NCBI GenBank assembly: GCA_030066875.1
Contig: JASJAS010000008.1
Location: 1-62,472 of the forward strand
Reading direction: 5' to 3'
DNA from: Acidimicrobiia bacterium
Lineage (GTDB): Bacteria > Actinomycetota > Acidimicrobiia > Spongiisociales > UBA5794
Length of the DNA stretch: 62,472 nt
In this document: positions 59,715 to 62,472 of the stretch, piece after piece
Position numbering within the stretch: position 1 is the stretch's first letter
How the letters are laid out: every line of letters begins with the position of its first letter
Notes under the pieces: generated by a model
Seen by the model: only the letters and a program-made list of their open reading frames with translations
The model's database searches: none
Told to the model about the DNA's origin: nothing
Position numbers and translations under genes: made by a program

Positions 59715-59841
59715 GGCTCCCTTTCCGCGGTCGCGACCTGCCAGATGTTAACGGTTGAGTCGGATTCCTCTGCTTCGCATCCGGGTCTCAGTGCTCGTCG
59801 ACACTGGAACGGGTCCTCGTAGCCCAGAACAGCTCCGGGGT

Positions 59842-59869
59842 CTCAACATCCTCTCAACACCTGACCAAC
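59842..59869 (+). promoter_or_regulatory. Three phased (C/A)(T/C)CAAC repeats at 11 bp spacing
   Basis: CTCAAC 59842, CTCAAC 59853, ACCAAC 59864; an additional GTTGAG at 59754, 40 nt upstream of the SARP start. Confidence 0.65.
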
Positions 59870-59902
59870 AAGCCCGCAAGCGCTCGGGCGGACGCTGCAG
59901 AT

Positions 59903-60577
59903 ATGCAGCAAACAACCCGCCTCCTCAGCACAATCGCACTGATCTTCTCGCTACTCCTGGCCGCTCAGCCAGCATTCGCCAGTTCATCGTCAGGTCGCCG
60001 GGCGGGTGCAGATCGCCCGGCCACCTCCGTGCTCGGGGCGACCGAGCAGGAAACGGAGATGGTGGAATGGGCACTCGGACGTTTTGCGGCGGCGGGCATG
60101 GAACTCCCAGCGGTGAAGGTTGGGTTCTTCACCGATTATGAGGACTGCCTGGGGTTCATTGGATACTTCCGCACGTCGACCCGCACGGTGTTCATGTGCA
60201 ACCGGGGCGGGGAAGAGAGAGTTCCGGAGCATACGCTGATTCATGAACTCGGTCATGCTTGGGCGGATCACAACCTTGAGGCGGCGGATCGGGAAGCCTT
60301 TATGGAACTCCGTGGCGTTGAGTTCTGGAACACGGGTGGAAGCGGTGCAGCGTCCCCGGCCTGGTGGCAACGAGGCTACGAACACGCTGCAGAGATCATC
60401 GCGTGGGGCCTTGCCGAGACGCCGTTCCACAGCATGTGGTTGCACACCGAACTGTGCACCGATCTCGCTAGCGCATTCACCGCACTTACTGGTATCGAGC
60501 CGCTCAACGACTCGACCAGCTTTTGCAAGTGCCAAGAGGCAGGCTCGCCTTACAAGCAAGCGTGCCCGGCGGACTAG
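59903..60577 (+). CDS. Secreted zincin-like (HExxH) protein
   Basis: Signal peptide ending AQPAFA, HTLIHELGHAW, downstream YEHAAEIIAWGL as candidate third ligand, several Cys. Confidence 0.7.
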   Translation: MQQTTRLLSTIALIFSLLLAAQPAFASSSSGRRAGADRPATSVLGATEQETEMVEWALGRFAAAGMELPAVKVGFFTDYEDCLGFIGYFRTSTRTVFMCNRGGEERVPEHTLIHELGHAWADHNLEAADREAFMELRGVEFWNTGGSGAASPAWWQRGYEHAAEIIAWGLAETPFHSMWLHTELCTDLASAFTALTGIEPLNDSTSFCKCQEAGSPYKQACPAD

Positions 60578-60636
60578 CCGCATTCGCAATAGGCTGGAGA
60601 CGACGAGAGCCGAGCAACCGTGGTGTTTGATTGCCG

Positions 60637-61113
60637 ATGACGAGTCCTCCTGAACGAAGCGCCGGGATCCTGCTCTTCAGGACTGAGCCATCGCTCGGGG
60701 TTCTGATAGGTCACCCGGGCGGACCCTTCTGGCGGAACAAGCATGAAGGTGCGTGGAGCATTCCAAAGGGTCTTGTCGAACCGGGAGAAGACGAACGGAA
60801 CGCAGCGCTGCGTGAGTTCGCCGAAGAAACCGGCGTGAAGCTGGAACCGGCGGCGATGATCGACCTGGGCGAAGTGCAGCTTCGTTCCGGCAAGGTGGTG
60901 GTGGCATGGGCGGTGCGGGGCGACCTCGATGCATCGCTGCTGGCCTCCAACCCGGTTCGATTGGAGTGGCCGCGAGGGAGCGGCCGGGTACTTGAATTCC
61001 CCGAAATCGACGAGTTCCGCTGGTGCTCACCGGCGGAGGCTGGATTACTGCTCAATGAACGCCAGGAACCGCTACTCCGCAGGCTCGAAGAATACCTTGA
61101 CCACGAGGAGTAG
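60637..61113 (+). CDS. NUDIX hydrolase (COG4119-like)
   Basis: HPGGPFW, WSIPKG, AALREFAEETG Nudix box, FPEID. Confidence 0.92.
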   Translation: MTSPPERSAGILLFRTEPSLGVLIGHPGGPFWRNKHEGAWSIPKGLVEPGEDERNAALREFAEETGVKLEPAAMIDLGEVQLRSGKVVVAWAVRGDLDASLLASNPVRLEWPRGSGRVLEFPEIDEFRWCSPAEAGLLLNERQEPLLRRLEEYLDHEE

Positions 61114-61170
61114 TTGACGATACACTCTTAGTGGCGGTAGAAAGGCTGCTACGGAAACGCGGAGGCGGCC

Positions 61171-61851
61171 ATGAAACTGTGGACAGAATTGGAAGGGGCA
61201 CAATTCGACCTCTCTGTTCGCGGCTACGACCGAGATGAAGTCGACGACTTCATCGACGCAGCCGTGATAGCGGTGCGCGAGATCGAGGACAAGAACTCGG
61301 CACTGCATGCAAAGGTCAAGGCGCTGGAGTCCGAATTGGCGGCTCGCAAGCAGACCTCGTCGAGCATCGAGCATGCCTTTCTCGAAGCTGTTGAGAAGAA
61401 GCAGCTGATGTTGGAGGACGCGGAGAAGCGTGCCAACGAGATCCTGGAGAGAGCCGAAAGCCACGCCTCCAATGCCCGCGCTGCTGAGGATGTTGAAGCG
61501 CTACGCGCCCAAGCGCGACTGATGCTCGAACAGGCATCAACGATGTTGTCGGATGCGCAGCGGGAAGCCGCCATGATTCGCTCGAACGCGGCCACCGAAG
61601 GCGAGACCGCGTTTGCACAGATCAGGGCCGAAGCAGACCGGATGCTGGCCGCTGCCCAAGCCGAAGCCGCGGCAATCGTTGCCGGTGCCGAGCAGCAGCA
61701 CGATCGGCTTGCTGCCGCGCTTCGCCTCCTCCAGGATGCGGTCACCGAGATGCTGACAACCGGTGCTGAGCAGCACGAGGTCATCAAGGTTGTGCTGGAC
61801 GGCGAGCAGCCCCAGTCTGAGACGTCGGACCGGGGCGCCGCCATCGCCTGA
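61171..61851 (+). CDS. DivIVA-domain coiled-coil protein
   Basis: FDLSVRGYDRDEVDDFID DivIVA motif followed by a long Ala/Glu-rich coiled coil. Confidence 0.85.
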   Translation: MKLWTELEGAQFDLSVRGYDRDEVDDFIDAAVIAVREIEDKNSALHAKVKALESELAARKQTSSSIEHAFLEAVEKKQLMLEDAEKRANEILERAESHASNARAAEDVEALRAQARLMLEQASTMLSDAQREAAMIRSNAATEGETAFAQIRAEADRMLAAAQAEAAAIVAGAEQQHDRLAAALRLLQDAVTEMLTTGAEQHEVIKVVLDGEQPQSETSDRGAAIA

Positions 61852-61939
61852 ACAGATCGATCGCGAAATCTCGATCTCCAGTACCATTGCTCAGCGGTAG
61901 GCCCAAGGTGTCGGGCAGCAACACCTATTGACGAGGACC

Positions 61940-62472
61940 ATGGCTAGGAAAAAGGTATCGAACCGGCTCAAACAGATCGGTGACAGCGAGCCGCGCGGAC
62001 CGATGCCGCCGATGCCGGGAACGCGCAGCGATGCACAGCTGGTGGAGATCGGGGCTTTCATATCCGTCACCGTCATCGGCACCTTGATCCTCGTCGGGAT
62101 GGCCGTCTTCTTCGGCCTCAAGGCTATTGAGAATCATCTGGAGTCAGAGTCGCTTCGGGCAGTCGATGCCGTGGTATTTGCGGCTGCAGAGGAGGACCCG
62201 TCCTTCCGCAATATCACGGATATCTCTGCTGAGGCGTCAGGTTTGAATGTGCATCTCCGCGGCACTGTCGACAACGAAGAGATGATCGAAACAATCCCCG
62301 CTTTGGTCGGCACGATCAACGGCATCGGCACCGTGACTGCGGAATTGGAATGGGTGCCTCCCCTCAACGCCGAACAGCCGGCGGTGACGACAATACCGAT
62401 CACCCTGACCTGGAGCGGCAATTCCGCAACAATTGTCGGTGAAGTATCCGACGAGTCGAGTCGCACGGCGGT
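61940..62472 (+). CDS. TM-anchored BON-like domain protein (ArfA/OmpA-type candidate), 3'-truncated and absent from the track
   Basis: Open frame from ATG 61940 to the window end: MARKKVSNR...TM (FISVTVIGTLILVGMAVFFGL)...GLNVHLRGTV...INGIGTVTAEL...TIVGEVSDE; GAGG RBS. Confidence 0.6.
   Translation, partial: MARKKVSNRLKQIGDSEPRGPMPPMPGTRSDAQLVEIGAFISVTVIGTLILVGMAVFFGLKAIENHLESESLRAVDAVVFAAAEEDPSFRNITDISAEASGLNVHLRGTVDNEEMIETIPALVGTINGIGTVTAELEWVPPLNAEQPAVTTIPITLTWSGNSATIVGEVSDESSRTA

Noticed and set aside
31602-62472. Integrase, transposase or phage genes explaining the accessory region
   Set aside because: No tyrosine/serine recombinase, DDE or structural-protein motifs recognised; only the 1.15 kb att-bounded relic is supported

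Overview
A GC-rich actinobacterial window; an Acidimicrobiia-like origin is inferred from gene content and not proven. Left part (1-31.6 kb), mostly core genes: the end of a Tad pilus operon (tadA-tadB-tadC plus a GT-C-fold membrane protein), a convergent Flp pilin missed by the ORF track, a NarL-type two-component system, coaE, uvrB/uvrA/uvrC, rapZ-yvcK (no whiA), gap-pgk-tpiA-gpmA-secG, a peptide-type ABC transporter with two binding proteins, and tRNA-Leu(GAG). Right part (31.6-62.5 kb), accessory and signalling-rich: a 1.15 kb tRNA-anchored island relic, small secreted or membrane proteins, a cyclase-STAND protein, an orphan antitoxin-like gene, a PAS kinase, an FHA-ABC transporter with a free FHA-FHA paralogue, a Ser/Thr kinase fused to two copies of an unrecognised ~230 aa domain and a BMP domain, two SARP-STAND regulators (one membrane-anchored with an extracellular sugar-binding domain), an orphan amino-acid SBP, a secreted zincin, NUDIX, DivIVA-domain and BON-like genes. 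Best leads: (1) a naturally circularly permuted family-5 SBP beside a canonical paralogue; (2) a cluster of receptors fused to solute-binding domains, together with helically phased CTCAAC repeats in three intergenic regions that look like SARP operators; (3) the unrecognised tandem extracellular domain in the kinase; (4) PafBC-type promoters at uvrA and uvrB. All family assignments come from motif recognition by eye; no database searches were run.
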